Shown here one piece after another: positions 7,760 to 17,264 of a stretch of 61,256 nt of DNA; within the stretch, counting starts at the first letter, position 1; each line of letters begins with the position of its first letter. The notes below the pieces were generated by a model, which was not told the origin of the DNA, searched no databases, and worked only from the letters and a program-made list of their open reading frames with translations. The translations under genes were made by a program, and so were the position numbers. The stretch is from a virus: IMG/VR virus record IMGVR_UViG_3300045988_077016, positions 1-61,256 of that record, one strand, 5' to 3'.

Positions 7760-8342
7760 AATACATATTTTTTAAGACCTGATAATTTAACATCACTGTT
7801 CTTTTTTGATTATAGCTTGACGGTAAAAGCTGTATCATCTGCCACCAGTATCTCTTGTCTTTGGTTTCAAGATACTTTTTTCTATAAGCGTTAAGTACGG
7901 CAACAGTATCAACAAACATTGTGTAAGCAGATGTATCATTCAAGCAAATAACTGCCCCGCAACCATCCAAATCATATTCGGCATTGATTGCATCATCCAT
8001 TAAATGCTCACAACTGAAATCATCCAATGTAAGTTCTTTACTATGTATCTTGTGCATTGTTGAGCAAGAATTGACAACCGTACCAACCTTATAGGTGTCG
8101 AACTCTTTCCACCAGTACAGGGGTGCTGTAATGTCCATTGTTACTACTATCATTCTTAAAAATTTTGAATCGTCATCTCCTGCTGCTGACAACTGTTGCA
8201 TAAGTTTTAAATCATTGTTACCTAAACACCATTTATCACCATCAAAAATTGTGTCGGATTTTTCCCAACTGTTCATTGAGTTTCTCATACCTCTGATAGC
8301 TGGTCTCCAGCCGTAAACGTCAATATCCTCTATTTTAATCAT
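7647..8342 (-). CDS. ThyX-fold (flavin-dependent thymidylate synthase-like) protein with a non-canonical signature
   Basis: By-eye alignment to ThyX. AIRGMRNSMNSWEKSD aligns near the N-terminus. ITAPLYWWKEF aligns to the ThyX AP-F-ARQWFRHR segment. C-terminal ARKNHRLKEWRI aligns to the ThyX R..AQ.EIR segment. The RHRxxSxxxxSxR motif is replaced by DTYKVGTVVNSCSTMH. Confidence 0.55.
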   Translation of the reverse strand: MIKIEDIDVYGWRPAIRGMRNSMNSWEKSDTIFDGDKWCLGNNDLKLMQQLSAAGDDDSKFLRMIVVTMDITAPLYWWKEFDTYKVGTVVNSCSTMHKIHSKELTLDDFSCEHLMDDAINAEYDLDGCGAVICLNDTSAYTMFVDTVAVLNAYRKKYLETKDKRYWWQMIQLLPSSYNQKRTVMLNYQVLKNMYFARKNHRLKEWRIFCEEIEKLPYFKEICIEPVSYKRG

Positions 8343-8752
8343 TCTTCGTCCTCCTTGTACAATTTAACATGTTTCCATGTCATTGTAGAGCGATTTGCCC
8401 AGCTGGTAGCACCATCAAGCCAAGCTAAACGCTCATTAGTACACGCATCAATACCGGCAAAATATCTCCTATACCAATTTATCTCATCGTCACTCACAAG
8501 AACCTTTGTGTCAATCGGAACTTTCGACCAGTCAACCTCTTCTTTTTCTTCTTCAACATATTCAGAATTTAGCCACTTTTCCATTTCACACGCGTTTTTA
8601 CATATAGACGCCCCATTTGCATTAAATTTACACTTTTCGCAACACCGGTCCGAACAATCAACTAATTTATTCGTGTGAATTTCTAATCCAATATATGATT
8701 GTGCTATTACATGTTTAAGCAATTCGTCTTTATATTTCTCATAATTAGTCAT
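8339..8752 (-). CDS. Hypothetical Cys-rich protein (137 aa)
   Basis: ORF with CSDRCCEKCKF...C..AC. Confidence 0.55.
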   Translation of the reverse strand: MTNYEKYKDELLKHVIAQSYIGLEIHTNKLVDCSDRCCEKCKFNANGASICKNACEMEKWLNSEYVEEEKEEVDWSKVPIDTKVLVSDDEINWYRRYFAGIDACTNERLAWLDGATSWANRSTMTWKHVKLYKEDEE

Positions 8753-9003
8753 TATAATTTCCCCCTATAATATGTTTGTTTACGACCATCGGACAATTCT
8801 ACTGTAATTGATTTTGGTGCTCTTATATTTATGGATTTATCAAATGGATTTATTGACATACCATCAACAGACAAAGTATAATCATATTCAAAACATAATA
8901 TCTTCTTTGGCACAAGGTGTGAATCTTCACAATCCACACATTTTTCTAAAGAAGCCCACTCTTTACCGCAATAGTCGCACTTATAACGCTTAACCTCTTT
9001 CAC
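8752..9003 (-). CDS. Small zinc-ribbon protein (83 aa)
   Basis: YKCDYCGKEW...CVDCEDSH. Confidence 0.6.
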   Translation of the reverse strand: MKEVKRYKCDYCGKEWASLEKCVDCEDSHLVPKKILCFEYDYTLSVDGMSINPFDKSINIRAPKSITVELSDGRKQTYYRGKL

Positions 9004-9020
9004 CTTTTATACCAATCCTC

Positions 9021-9467
9021 TCAATTATTATTGGATAATTTATACGTGACTACCTTATAATCATCCTCACCCAACCGTTCACGTTTTTTAAGAGCTGCGT
9101 CATAAGTATGATATGCCCCACCACGGGCATTAAATATAACTTCACCAGTATTAATATTTTTAACTCCAAACAGTTTGTCAACACTTGTTTTAGTTACATC
9201 TATACGCTGCCCACAATTAGGGCAATAGTGTATATCAGACACACTTTCAGTGTCTATTATCATACCACAATTAGGGCAAAACTTTGAATTATTAATAACA
9301 TTAACTGCTTTAATATTTTGACGTTCTACAACATCTCTTAATTTAGGCACCGCTTTTTCATATGAGTAACTACATTCTTTTGACGGGAACAAACAATAAA
9401 TACTACGTTCAAATATATTTATTAAATCTAACATTACATTAAGTTCATCTAACGAATAATCATTCAT
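9021..9467 (-). CDS. Zinc-ribbon protein (148 aa)
   Basis: CPNCG...CPNCG double CxxC. Confidence 0.6.
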   Translation of the reverse strand: MNDYSLDELNVMLDLINIFERSIYCLFPSKECSYSYEKAVPKLRDVVERQNIKAVNVINNSKFCPNCGMIIDTESVSDIHYCPNCGQRIDVTKTSVDKLFGVKNINTGEVIFNARGGAYHTYDAALKKRERLGEDDYKVVTYKLSNNN

Positions 9468-9823
9468 TGCAATGCCTCCTCAATAGTTCTACTAATACAA
9501 TCAAGTGATAAATTAGGCAAAGCTTTTAAAAACCAGTATTCATTCATAACATAGTAATTCTCTCCATTAGGTTCAAAGTTAAAAGCTAAAAAGGAACCTT
9601 CTTTGCCTTGCTCAAACGCCTGTTTTTTTGCCTTATCTAACCATTCTTTTTTAATTGATACTGATTTTGTCTCTTTTGTTACTGTTTTGGCTTCAATCAA
9701 AAAATGTTCTGTTAAAATATCCCCTGCTGAAAACTTTGTGCCGCCAGAATTTGGCGTAAGTTTACCACCTGTAATCTTTGCAATATGCCTTTCCTGTTCG
9801 CTACTATAATCTCTTGTACTCAA
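9464..9823 (-). CDS. PD-(D/E)xK nuclease, Holliday-junction-resolvase-like
   Basis: SGG...AGDILTEHFLIEAKT (D...ExK) in a ~120-aa protein. Confidence 0.55.
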   Translation of the reverse strand: MSTRDYSSEQERHIAKITGGKLTPNSGGTKFSAGDILTEHFLIEAKTVTKETKSVSIKKEWLDKAKKQAFEQGKEGSFLAFNFEPNGENYYVMNEYWFLKALPNLSLDCISRTIEEALQ

Positions 9824-10067
9824 TATTTAACAACTCCTCTATATCACAATCACTTAATTCATCGAGCTTGTATGCGTATTCGTCAACTTTTGCAATATAA
9901 GTATTTACAAGTGTTGTATACTTATTTAATCTGTAAAGATATACACAAACTGATACGAAAAACGCTGCAAATACAACTATCATCACCCTAAGTGTTATAA
10001 TCCTCCTATTCCAAGTATCTATAAGCCCGTTTATATCCGCATTGTTAAGTTTGTCAAATTCTCCCAA
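9804..10067 (-). CDS. Small membrane protein (87 aa)
   Basis: TM segment MIVVFAAFFVSVCVYLY. Ends TAG TAG. Confidence 0.5.
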   Translation of the reverse strand: MGEFDKLNNADINGLIDTWNRRIITLRVMIVVFAAFFVSVCVYLYRLNKYTTLVNTYIAKVDEYAYKLDELSDCDIEELLNIEYKRL

Positions 10068-10085
10068 TATTAAATCCTCCCAACA

Positions 10086-10403
10086 TCATTGAATTTCCAA
10101 TAACTGCATAGCGTTCTTTACTATTAAATCATCCGTATACGGTAAATCAAATCCCGATGAACCATCAAAGTTTTTAAAAGCTTCTGCATATATAACTTTA
10201 CTCGCTATATCAGGATTATCTTTTTGTAACTTTACTAATTCTTTAGCCCATCTGTCCCACGTAGCATCACTGATTAAATTAGTATTTTGATTATAGTATA
10301 AATAACTATGTACAAGTAGCTGCAAACGTCTTTGTTGTATCTTAGCCGCTATTGTTGATGTATAATTTATAGGTTGTATTACTTTTTTACTTATTAACCC
10401 CAT
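10086..10403 (-). CDS. Protein resembling the NAD-ligase Ia / N-terminal helical domain
   Basis: LLVHSYLYYNQNTNLISDATWDRWAKELVKLQKDNP resembles the LigA YY..d.P.isD.eYD..eL..lE..P pattern. ATG 10403 overlaps the upstream TAA (TAATG) and has a GAGAGGG RBS. Confidence 0.4.
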   Translation of the reverse strand: MGLISKKVIQPINYTSTIAAKIQQRRLQLLVHSYLYYNQNTNLISDATWDRWAKELVKLQKDNPDIASKVIYAEAFKNFDGSSGFDLPYTDDLIVKNAMQLLEIQ

Positions 10404-10750
10404 TAATATACCCTCTCGACAAAATCTACTTTTACCCAACCCGTAAAATCGTTAGACTGTATCTTATATAAACCGCCTTTAATGTCAATTACCTTAGCTA
10501 CAACATTACGTAGATGTAATGCTATACCGCCATTCCAGCGGTTTATTAACGATTTCTGATTGCTTTCATCGTCAATGTAATCTTCCTTAAACATAAAATC
10601 ATAGGTACGACCAAGTCTAAGAGATTGTTTGTCGATGTCAGACACTATAACAGACAATGTTTCGCCTGATTTTAGACTATCTACTGCATCATAGTAATTA
10701 AGACCACCTATATCAATATGTCTGTCAATAGCATTTAATAAATCTTGCAT
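10403..10750 (-). CDS. Hypothetical protein
   Basis: ATG 10750 with an AGGTGA RBS; the ORF is open to 10771. Confidence 0.55.
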   Translation of the reverse strand: MQDLLNAIDRHIDIGGLNYYDAVDSLKSGETLSVIVSDIDKQSLRLGRTYDFMFKEDYIDDESNQKSLINRWNGGIALHLRNVVAKVIDIKGGLYKIQSNDFTGWVKVDFVERVY

Positions 10751-10754
10751 AATA

Positions 10755-10982
10755 TCACCTACAATCAGCATTTCTCAGTAATTCTACAATTCGGGCTACA
10801 ATCAACTGTCGTTCAAAATTTTTAAAATCATCCTCACTACCAGTATAACTAAAATCGGGTAACCAACCCCTTACAATAGAACTAAGTCGATTAGCTAAGG
10901 CATCATTTGACATAGCATCTATTTCAGCTCTGCATTCATCATAGTCCCTTTGTTCATATGTCACTATCGTTTCAACTATCAT
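10755..10982 (-). CDS. Hypothetical protein
   Basis: ATG 10982 behind a GAGGAGAAGAG RBS; the ORF is open to 11000. Confidence 0.55.
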   Translation of the reverse strand: MIVETIVTYEQRDYDECRAEIDAMSNDALANRLSSIVRGWLPDFSYTGSEDDFKNFERQLIVARIVELLRNADCR

Positions 10983-11041
10983 AATCTCTTCTCCTCTCAA
11001 TAAATCAATAGCATTAATACAATTACTTAAGTACTAACGCT

Positions 11042-11070
11042 ATTATACGATGTATTACACCGTTTGTAAA
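11042..11070 (-). promoter_or_regulatory. Consensus sigma-70-type promoter
   Basis: Minus strand: TTTACA, 17 nt, TATAAT, in the 110-nt gap after recA. Confidence 0.6.
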
Positions 11071-11109
11071 GATTTATTAAATAAAAACATTAAATAAAAA
11101 TATTTATAT

Positions 11110-12153
11110 TTATGTATTCAATTTTTGGTTAATATTCTCTGTCAGTAAGTTTCGGTAAGTTTCATTATCATTCAAAAACTCAGCTAAATTGGGTTTACCT
11201 TGGAACTTAAGCGGTTTATTTTCTTCGTCACAATAAATTTCACCATCAACATCCACCAAAGTAAACCACGCACCGCCCTGTACAATCAAACTTATTTTTA
11301 GAGCAACATCAATTAAATCGGATATATAATCAATACCAGTAAGATACTTTAATGTATAATACCCCATTTTACGGTCTGGTCTACTTGCTTTTGATTTAAT
11401 TACAGCACACTGTACTAAATTACCTGCTGGGTTTTCGGTTGATTTACTTACTTTATTACCCTTATCGTCTATATAATCACCTTTACGGAATTCAAGGCGA
11501 ACAGTGGTATTATGTTTCCAACCTCTACCGCCGGTAGTAGTTTTACCGCCATACATACTGTGCATATCATCACGTACCTGATTAATGCCTAACAATACAC
11601 ACTTTGTTCTTGCACAAATGGGCACAGCCTTCTTGGAAAACAGCGTCAATGCTTGAGATATACCACCATACGTCTTTTCTTCCATAGTTTTCTGATAAGC
11701 TTGCTGTGAGACCATAACACCTAAACTGTCTATAATTAACAACGATACTTCGCCAGTGTCCATTATAGATAACGCTATATCAAACAATTCTTCCGCAGTT
11801 TCTTGTTGTGGCTGTATTAAAACAAGACTTTCAACATCTACTCCTAAGGTATGCGCCCAATAAGATGAGAATGTGCGTTCACAGTCCATATATACAACTT
11901 TCTTATCTGTATACTTTCTCTGTGCTTGTGCAGCTAAATCTAATGCTGTTGTGGTTTTACCGCTACCCTCTTCACCATAAAACTCTACAATTCTGCCAAC
12001 GGGTATGCCTCCATAAAGCATATAATTTAATCTGGGAGAGCTGAATGGTATACGTTCAATGTCTGTATAATCTTCAATACCGCCGAGTGTAATCATATCA
12101 TACTTACTCTTTTTGTTTATGTCTTTTATAATAGCATCTAATCCGCACGCCAT
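11110..12153 (-). CDS. recA: RecA-family recombinase
   Basis: Walker A GEEGSGKTTTALDL, Walker B LLIIDSLG, RecA-like length (347 aa). Confidence 0.85.
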   Translation of the reverse strand: MACGLDAIIKDINKKSKYDMITLGGIEDYTDIERIPFSSPRLNYMLYGGIPVGRIVEFYGEEGSGKTTTALDLAAQAQRKYTDKKVVYMDCERTFSSYWAHTLGVDVESLVLIQPQQETAEELFDIALSIMDTGEVSLLIIDSLGVMVSQQAYQKTMEEKTYGGISQALTLFSKKAVPICARTKCVLLGINQVRDDMHSMYGGKTTTGGRGWKHNTTVRLEFRKGDYIDDKGNKVSKSTENPAGNLVQCAVIKSKASRPDRKMGYYTLKYLTGIDYISDLIDVALKISLIVQGGAWFTLVDVDGEIYCDEENKPLKFQGKPNLAEFLNDNETYRNLLTENINQKLNT

Positions 12154-12157
12154 TTAA

Positions 12158-12685
12158 TCACATCCTATCTGATTCCGTAATATCATATGATGCAATACGT
12201 CTTGACATTACCTTTTTAATAGAGTTGAGCATTTCATAAGCTGCATCTATTCTTGACCGTATCTTTTTATACGCTCTCTGATACACAACAGTTGCAACCA
12301 ACTCATGCTGTGACGTTAAATCTGCCACGCTATCTTTATCGGCTACTGTACCTTTAGCGTGCTGTCTGGCTATATTAAAAACTTCTACTCTTATGGCTCT
12401 TGCAACATCTTCCCTAATACCAACAGCCTCTTGTGCTTCACTTGCAAAGTATATTAATGATGGTATATTTAATGCAAAATCATCCAACTCCTCGTCAGAT
12501 ACTTCTTGGCCAGATTTTAAAATATCATCTATCTGTTGCATATAATCATCAAGAGGTTTACAGTATGTTTTTACAATACGATTGACCATATTATCAATAG
12601 CGGAAGAGTTACATTCAGCTCTTTCCAAACACTCATTTAATCTATCTATGCTAATACTTTTAGCCATTACCTCTGATTGGGCCAT
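12158..12685 (-). CDS. Hypothetical protein, start uncertain
   Basis: ORF open to 12712. The ATG at 12685 has the best GGGAG spacing. Confidence 0.5.
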   Translation of the reverse strand: MAQSEVMAKSISIDRLNECLERAECNSSAIDNMVNRIVKTYCKPLDDYMQQIDDILKSGQEVSDEELDDFALNIPSLIYFASEAQEAVGIREDVARAIRVEVFNIARQHAKGTVADKDSVADLTSQHELVATVVYQRAYKKIRSRIDAAYEMLNSIKKVMSRRIASYDITESDRM

Positions 12686-13064
12686 TTCCATCAACTCCCA
12701 TAATTGTACCATCTTTATTAACGTGTAACGCTCTTAAAAAACCGCTGTATATACATAAAAAATCTTCTAAAGACAGCGTAACTTCCCATTCCTCACCGTT
12801 TTTACGATGGAATACAGCTGGATATTCCTCGTCTTTACTATCATCTATTGCCTGCTGTAACGCTTTTGTAAGATTAAGGTTTTCAACTCTTTTACATTCA
12901 ATATGCAAATAAGGCACACCGATAACATCGGCGTCACCGTTAGCACCACAGTACTGCTGACCTCTACGGGTATCAAATCCGTAACGATTTAAAATGTGGG
13001 AGAGTTCAAGCTCTCCCCGTTTACCTTTATTTCGTGAGTTTATCTTTTTTGCCAAATAAATCAC
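12660..13064 (-). CDS. PD-(D/E)xK nuclease-like protein
   Basis: GDADVIGVPYLHIECKRVE (D...ExK) after KGKRGELE. Confidence 0.5.
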   Translation of the reverse strand: MIYLAKKINSRNKGKRGELELSHILNRYGFDTRRGQQYCGANGDADVIGVPYLHIECKRVENLNLTKALQQAIDDSKDEEYPAVFHRKNGEEWEVTLSLEDFLCIYSGFLRALHVNKDGTIMGVDGNGPIRGNG

Positions 13065-13417
13065 CCCTTATTCGTAGAAACATCTTTATCTATCATATGT
13101 ATTTCCGATATAAACGCTTTACGTATAGTATTTGTCAGCTGTGTAGCCTCAGCCACAAGTTCATAGGTCGACTGCATAGGCTTGATTAAAACCGTACACT
13201 TTGTACTTGCATCATCTGCCCTAATTGCTTTCCAATACTCCTGTAAACCCTCTTTGGTATTATTTAACGCCTCAACAACTTCTTCTAATTCTTCGCTTAT
13301 CACACCGATGGCCTCATGACTGGAATTATAATACGGGCCCCATTCGGCACTGCTTCTCTTATATTCGTTGGCAACAATAGTATAGACTTCTCTCATTAAT
13401 TCTTCCACTAAATACAC
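13061..13417 (-). CDS. All-alpha MazG-like NTP pyrophosphohydrolase candidate
   Basis: SHEAIGVISEELEEVVEAL acidic helix pattern. A GTG start at 13417 or 13408. Confidence 0.35.
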   Translation of the reverse strand: MYLVEELMREVYTIVANEYKRSSAEWGPYYNSSHEAIGVISEELEEVVEALNNTKEGLQEYWKAIRADDASTKCTVLIKPMQSTYELVAEATQLTNTIRKAFISEIHMIDKDVSTNKG

Positions 13418-13505
13418 TCCTCATTTAAAATAACGTTTTCTTGGACTGATTTATAATTGATTTACAATTCAATACAACATGTTCGCAGTAGTTAATCATT
13501 TAACA

Positions 13506-14300
13506 TCAACTCTTTCTACACACAGTTTTATATTTGCACCACTTACACTTCTTGGTATCTTCTGGTTTGGGTGGTATTATTAATCGTTCCACGTAGCCCT
13601 CACATTCAAGCAACCTGTTGTAAAAACTCTGTTTCATAGCATCTGTAACCTCAAATAATTCGGGACATTCAAGACTACAGTTATCCCTATTTTCATACAA
13701 AACAAAAGCTTTTGTTAAATCAAGCTCTGCACAATATGCCGTAACCTGATTAAAGTGTTCTTTATCAACAGATTCTTTGCCCGCAGCTTTAAATGATATT
13801 TGATTTTTAAACTCAAACAAATAATATTCACCGGTCGAAATACGCTGAACGATGCCATCACATAAGAACATCAATTTCCAAACATCATCAAACAGCTTTG
13901 TTTCTGCACCGCTTTTACCAACTACTGAAAGTGACTGACATTTACCGGCTTTATGCTTTTGTTCTATGTACTCGGCAACATCAATATATCGCCAATCGTA
14001 ATGCATATCTTCCATATGCTCAAGGACAGTTTGTATAGCAACATGTCTACGACTGCCTGTATCTGCCATACCTATAGAATTATATTCTGTAAAAGTATCG
14101 TCAACATCTGCTTTGGTACGCATAAAATACATCTGTCTAAGGCAATTTAATGAGGAAGGTTTATACCACTCAGACGGTTTATGCGACCTCTCTTTATCGT
14201 ATTTTTCTATGGCCGTCATTACGTCAGTAAGGAAGACTTTATTAAGTGGTCTATTATTCTTAGCTGACGTAATGGCAGAAATTAAGCGTTTTCTACTCAA
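13506..14300 (-). CDS. Cas4/RecB-like PD-(D/E)xK exonuclease with an Fe-S cysteine cluster
   Basis: N-terminal Cys (SLNCLRQ), D...FEFK core, and C-terminal CKWCKYKTVC triad. Confidence 0.7.
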   Translation of the reverse strand: MSRKRLISAITSAKNNRPLNKVFLTDVMTAIEKYDKERSHKPSEWYKPSSLNCLRQMYFMRTKADVDDTFTEYNSIGMADTGSRRHVAIQTVLEHMEDMHYDWRYIDVAEYIEQKHKAGKCQSLSVVGKSGAETKLFDDVWKLMFLCDGIVQRISTGEYYLFEFKNQISFKAAGKESVDKEHFNQVTAYCAELDLTKAFVLYENRDNCSLECPELFEVTDAMKQSFYNRLLECEGYVERLIIPPKPEDTKKCKWCKYKTVCRKS

Positions 14301-15412
14301 TTTGCAGTGGCATTATTAGAAAGTTCCTCATCTTCAAATAATGCAATAACTGATACAATATTACCGCTTGATAACTTAATGGCGTTTTCATCACCGAATG
14401 AAATTGCAACATTATCTGTCGGGATTGATTCTAACTGAGCTTTAAAAAGTGGCACATCTACACAGCATACAAATGGTGTAAAGTTAGTACTATCTGCGTA
14501 TCTAACCAATTCTTCAAGGCTTGATTTCTTACTTTTGATTAAAATACCATCGTTCTGGAAGATAAAATATGCACCGTTTCTGTCGTAAGGCTCAATAAAT
14601 AATGAGAGCCTGTCAAGTACAGCCTGCATAGACAGCTTTGTAACTTTGCAGCTACTTGTAAATGCTTTATCAAGATATGTACACATATCCTCAACAGGAA
14701 ATTCTTCAAGTCCACTATGCTGCCAACCAATAACAGTTAAATCCCCGCAGTAGAATTTTATAGCACCGTCAGCAGTTGTTGTAAAAGAAATATCCTCATT
14801 GTCTGACAAAGACACTAAATCAAACATATTACGGGAAATAAGCATTGGCTGACTGCAAATGTTCATTAAGCTAAAGCATATAGCGTTTTCATCCGATGTA
14901 ATTGCCTTATCGGCTAAATAATACGCACAAAAGCAATCATCATCTGTTGATGTACTTAAAGCTGCTTTATTTACGGCTATAACAGCTTTTACTGTTGAAA
15001 GCTTTAACTTATTCGCACCTGTATCATCATCAATAGCCGGTGAAAATTCGGGGTAAGTAACGAGACCCTCTTCATCAACGGGTAAGGAAATTTTATAAGT
15101 ACCATTACCGGTAACCTTAAGTACATCGCCAATAACTTCAAGTGTAACCTTATCGCAAGTTAATTTAGATACAAGCTTACTAAATATATCAACGGGTACT
15201 ACGCAATAAAATGGCTCTCCTGTATATGCTTCACCAAAGACATTAAACCATGTCATAGTATCTGTCGTTGTTAAACAAATTCTATTATCTGTGCTTTCAT
15301 TCTTTGATATTAACATCATACTTGTTATAGGTAATAATCTATTATTACCCGCCCCCTTGATAGCTTTTGCCACCATCTTTTTAAATTCGTCTGTTTTTAC
15401 TGTAATCTTCAT
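14297..15412 (-). CDS. dnaN: DNA sliding clamp, DnaN (beta)-like
   Basis: 371 aa with a three-domain beta-clamp-like layout. N-terminus is MKITVKTDEFKKMVAKAIKGAG..LLPITSMMLI. Confidence 0.75.
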   Translation of the reverse strand: MKITVKTDEFKKMVAKAIKGAGNNRLLPITSMMLISKNESTDNRICLTTTDTMTWFNVFGEAYTGEPFYCVVPVDIFSKLVSKLTCDKVTLEVIGDVLKVTGNGTYKISLPVDEEGLVTYPEFSPAIDDDTGANKLKLSTVKAVIAVNKAALSTSTDDDCFCAYYLADKAITSDENAICFSLMNICSQPMLISRNMFDLVSLSDNEDISFTTTADGAIKFYCGDLTVIGWQHSGLEEFPVEDMCTYLDKAFTSSCKVTKLSMQAVLDRLSLFIEPYDRNGAYFIFQNDGILIKSKKSSLEELVRYADSTNFTPFVCCVDVPLFKAQLESIPTDNVAISFGDENAIKLSSGNIVSVIALFEDEELSNNATAN

Positions 15413-15416
15413 TTAA

Positions 15417-16286
15417 TTACTCCTTTCTATATTTTTCACTTATAATTTTAGGTACTGCTTTATCCCAATCAATAACATGATGGAAACGCTTATTAGTGAC
15501 ACCCATTGTATACATCTTTACACATGATGGGCAAGCCATAATAGTATAAAATGTTTTTACATATGTGCCGGAATCTAAGTACCCATCTGACATACCACCT
15601 GATAAAGATTGGGTAGCTAACTGGTCAATAGATACATCGGCTACTGTGAAAAATAAATAACCTCGTGAGCCCAAATTAACATATGTTGTAACATCTTCAT
15701 TCATCTTACCCGACCACCTAAATGGTCTATCTGTTCTACAAAAGAAGGCATTCATAGCCTTTCTGGTTAATCTGTCTTTACATACTTTAGAGTTTTTACC
15801 GCCAATAAAATCGCCTATCTGAGATAATGCCACTGTATGTGCATTTGAAGTATCTAAAAACTCCAAAACAATGTCAACAAGTTCATCGAATTTACGAATA
15901 TACTCGGTGCCCAAATGTTCGCCTTGAACGACACGACTTCTAAAATTTGTATAGTCATCGTCAAGCTCTAAAAAATATTTATATCCTAATTTTTTTGCTA
16001 TATCAAAACAAGCACATCGGGCATATAAAATAGCTTTACGGTCATTATCTGGGCCCATAGCATCAACCTTTAATGCCTGCAATAACTTATTAAACATATA
16101 CACATTATCCTCACCGTACAGAGAATAGTATTTGTCTGCATCTGCGTCCTCATTGTCTATGACAAGGATAATTCGACCAGTATATCCAGCCTGTTTCAAA
16201 GCTTTATACGTATAAACATTATCTGCTCTACCGTGTGTCAATATAAACACCACAAAATCTGTCCAATGTAACATACTAATCACCAA
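15417..16286 (-). CDS. Glycosyltransferase-like (GT-A-like, DxD) protein
   Basis: N-terminal beta-alpha FVVFILTHGRADN, ILVIDNEDADA, acidic ELDDDY motif. Overall reminiscent of phage base-glycosyltransferase (TAGT-like) families. Recognition by eye only. Confidence 0.4.
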   Translation of the reverse strand: MVISMLHWTDFVVFILTHGRADNVYTYKALKQAGYTGRIILVIDNEDADADKYYSLYGEDNVYMFNKLLQALKVDAMGPDNDRKAILYARCACFDIAKKLGYKYFLELDDDYTNFRSRVVQGEHLGTEYIRKFDELVDIVLEFLDTSNAHTVALSQIGDFIGGKNSKVCKDRLTRKAMNAFFCRTDRPFRWSGKMNEDVTTYVNLGSRGYLFFTVADVSIDQLATQSLSGGMSDGYLDSGTYVKTFYTIMACPSCVKMYTMGVTNKRFHHVIDWDKAVPKIISEKYRKE

Positions 16287-16289
16287 CTC

Positions 16290-17249
16290 TCAAATAAACT
16301 GATAGTCAGTTAAATTAGACATACAATGATAAACGGCCTGATTTGGCCCGGTTAACCGACATGGTACGTCACACATACTCATATTAGTTACAAACTTGGA
16401 CTTCTTTTCAAGTATATCATCATCCATAATATGACCAACTATTTCATAAGGTTTATGGCAACAATACATAACATTGCCATACTCGTTAACAGCTATCTGT
16501 GACCAATTCGCTATACATTTATCAAAACGCTCACCTAACATTTGCCATTTATAATTAAGCACAACACGTTCATCAATCCTCTGAATAGATTCAATCGCCG
16601 CTATTATTGTTTTTGCACACTCCCGATTTTGTGGGTTCTTTAAATAATACTCACCGTCGGTAGATTCAACAGGACGTATTACAATATAATCAACATCTAA
16701 ATCAGCATTAGCGTTATAAAATTTATACACTTCATCAACTGTATTCGCCAACATTTGTATGCCCAATGACGTTTTAATATCATTCTCTTTCTTCCACTTG
16801 GCATACTCCTGAATATTATAGCGGGTATGCTGATAAAAACGTACACCACGTTTTGCCGCATAGCTATCTTCATCCCAAGCATCTAAAGACACTTTTAAAT
16901 AATTGGGTTTAATGTACTTAAGATTATTAAAATTTGTATTAATACCATAAGCAGTATTGGTACTCTCCAGATAACCTGCGATAGCATCAAATTCAGGATT
17001 AACTGTGGGTTCACCCCCACCAGTTAATATAATACCCAATACACCAAGCTCTTTAAGTCTGTTTACATAAACAACAAAATCCTCATATGATACACATTTT
17101 GTACGCTGGGGTAATTTCCAACGATTGTATGTACAGTAGCCGCACTTATTGTTACAAAAATTAGTTAAAAACATATCTGCGGTAATCGGTCGCCTATCGT
17201 AGAACATTCTGTCAATATACCCCATAATTTTTGAATTACTAATAGCCAA
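16290..17249 (-). CDS. Radical SAM enzyme
   Basis: CNNKCGYC (CxxxCxxC), GGGEPT SAM-binding motif, and extra C-terminal cysteines (MYCCHKP, MCDVPC). Confidence 0.85.
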   Translation of the reverse strand: MAISNSKIMGYIDRMFYDRRPITADMFLTNFCNNKCGYCTYNRWKLPQRTKCVSYEDFVVYVNRLKELGVLGIILTGGGEPTVNPEFDAIAGYLESTNTAYGINTNFNNLKYIKPNYLKVSLDAWDEDSYAAKRGVRFYQHTRYNIQEYAKWKKENDIKTSLGIQMLANTVDEVYKFYNANADLDVDYIVIRPVESTDGEYYLKNPQNRECAKTIIAAIESIQRIDERVVLNYKWQMLGERFDKCIANWSQIAVNEYGNVMYCCHKPYEIVGHIMDDDILEKKSKFVTNMSMCDVPCRLTGPNQAVYHCMSNLTDYQFI

Positions 17250-17264
17250 AACAATTTCGCCCCC

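Noticed and set aside
4268-8678. Plus-strand ORFs 4268..4501, 5418..5771, 8095..8316 and 8355..8678
   Set aside because: All are antisense to well-supported minus-strand genes (clamp loader subunits, ThyX-fold, 8339..8752) and lack RBSs and promoters.
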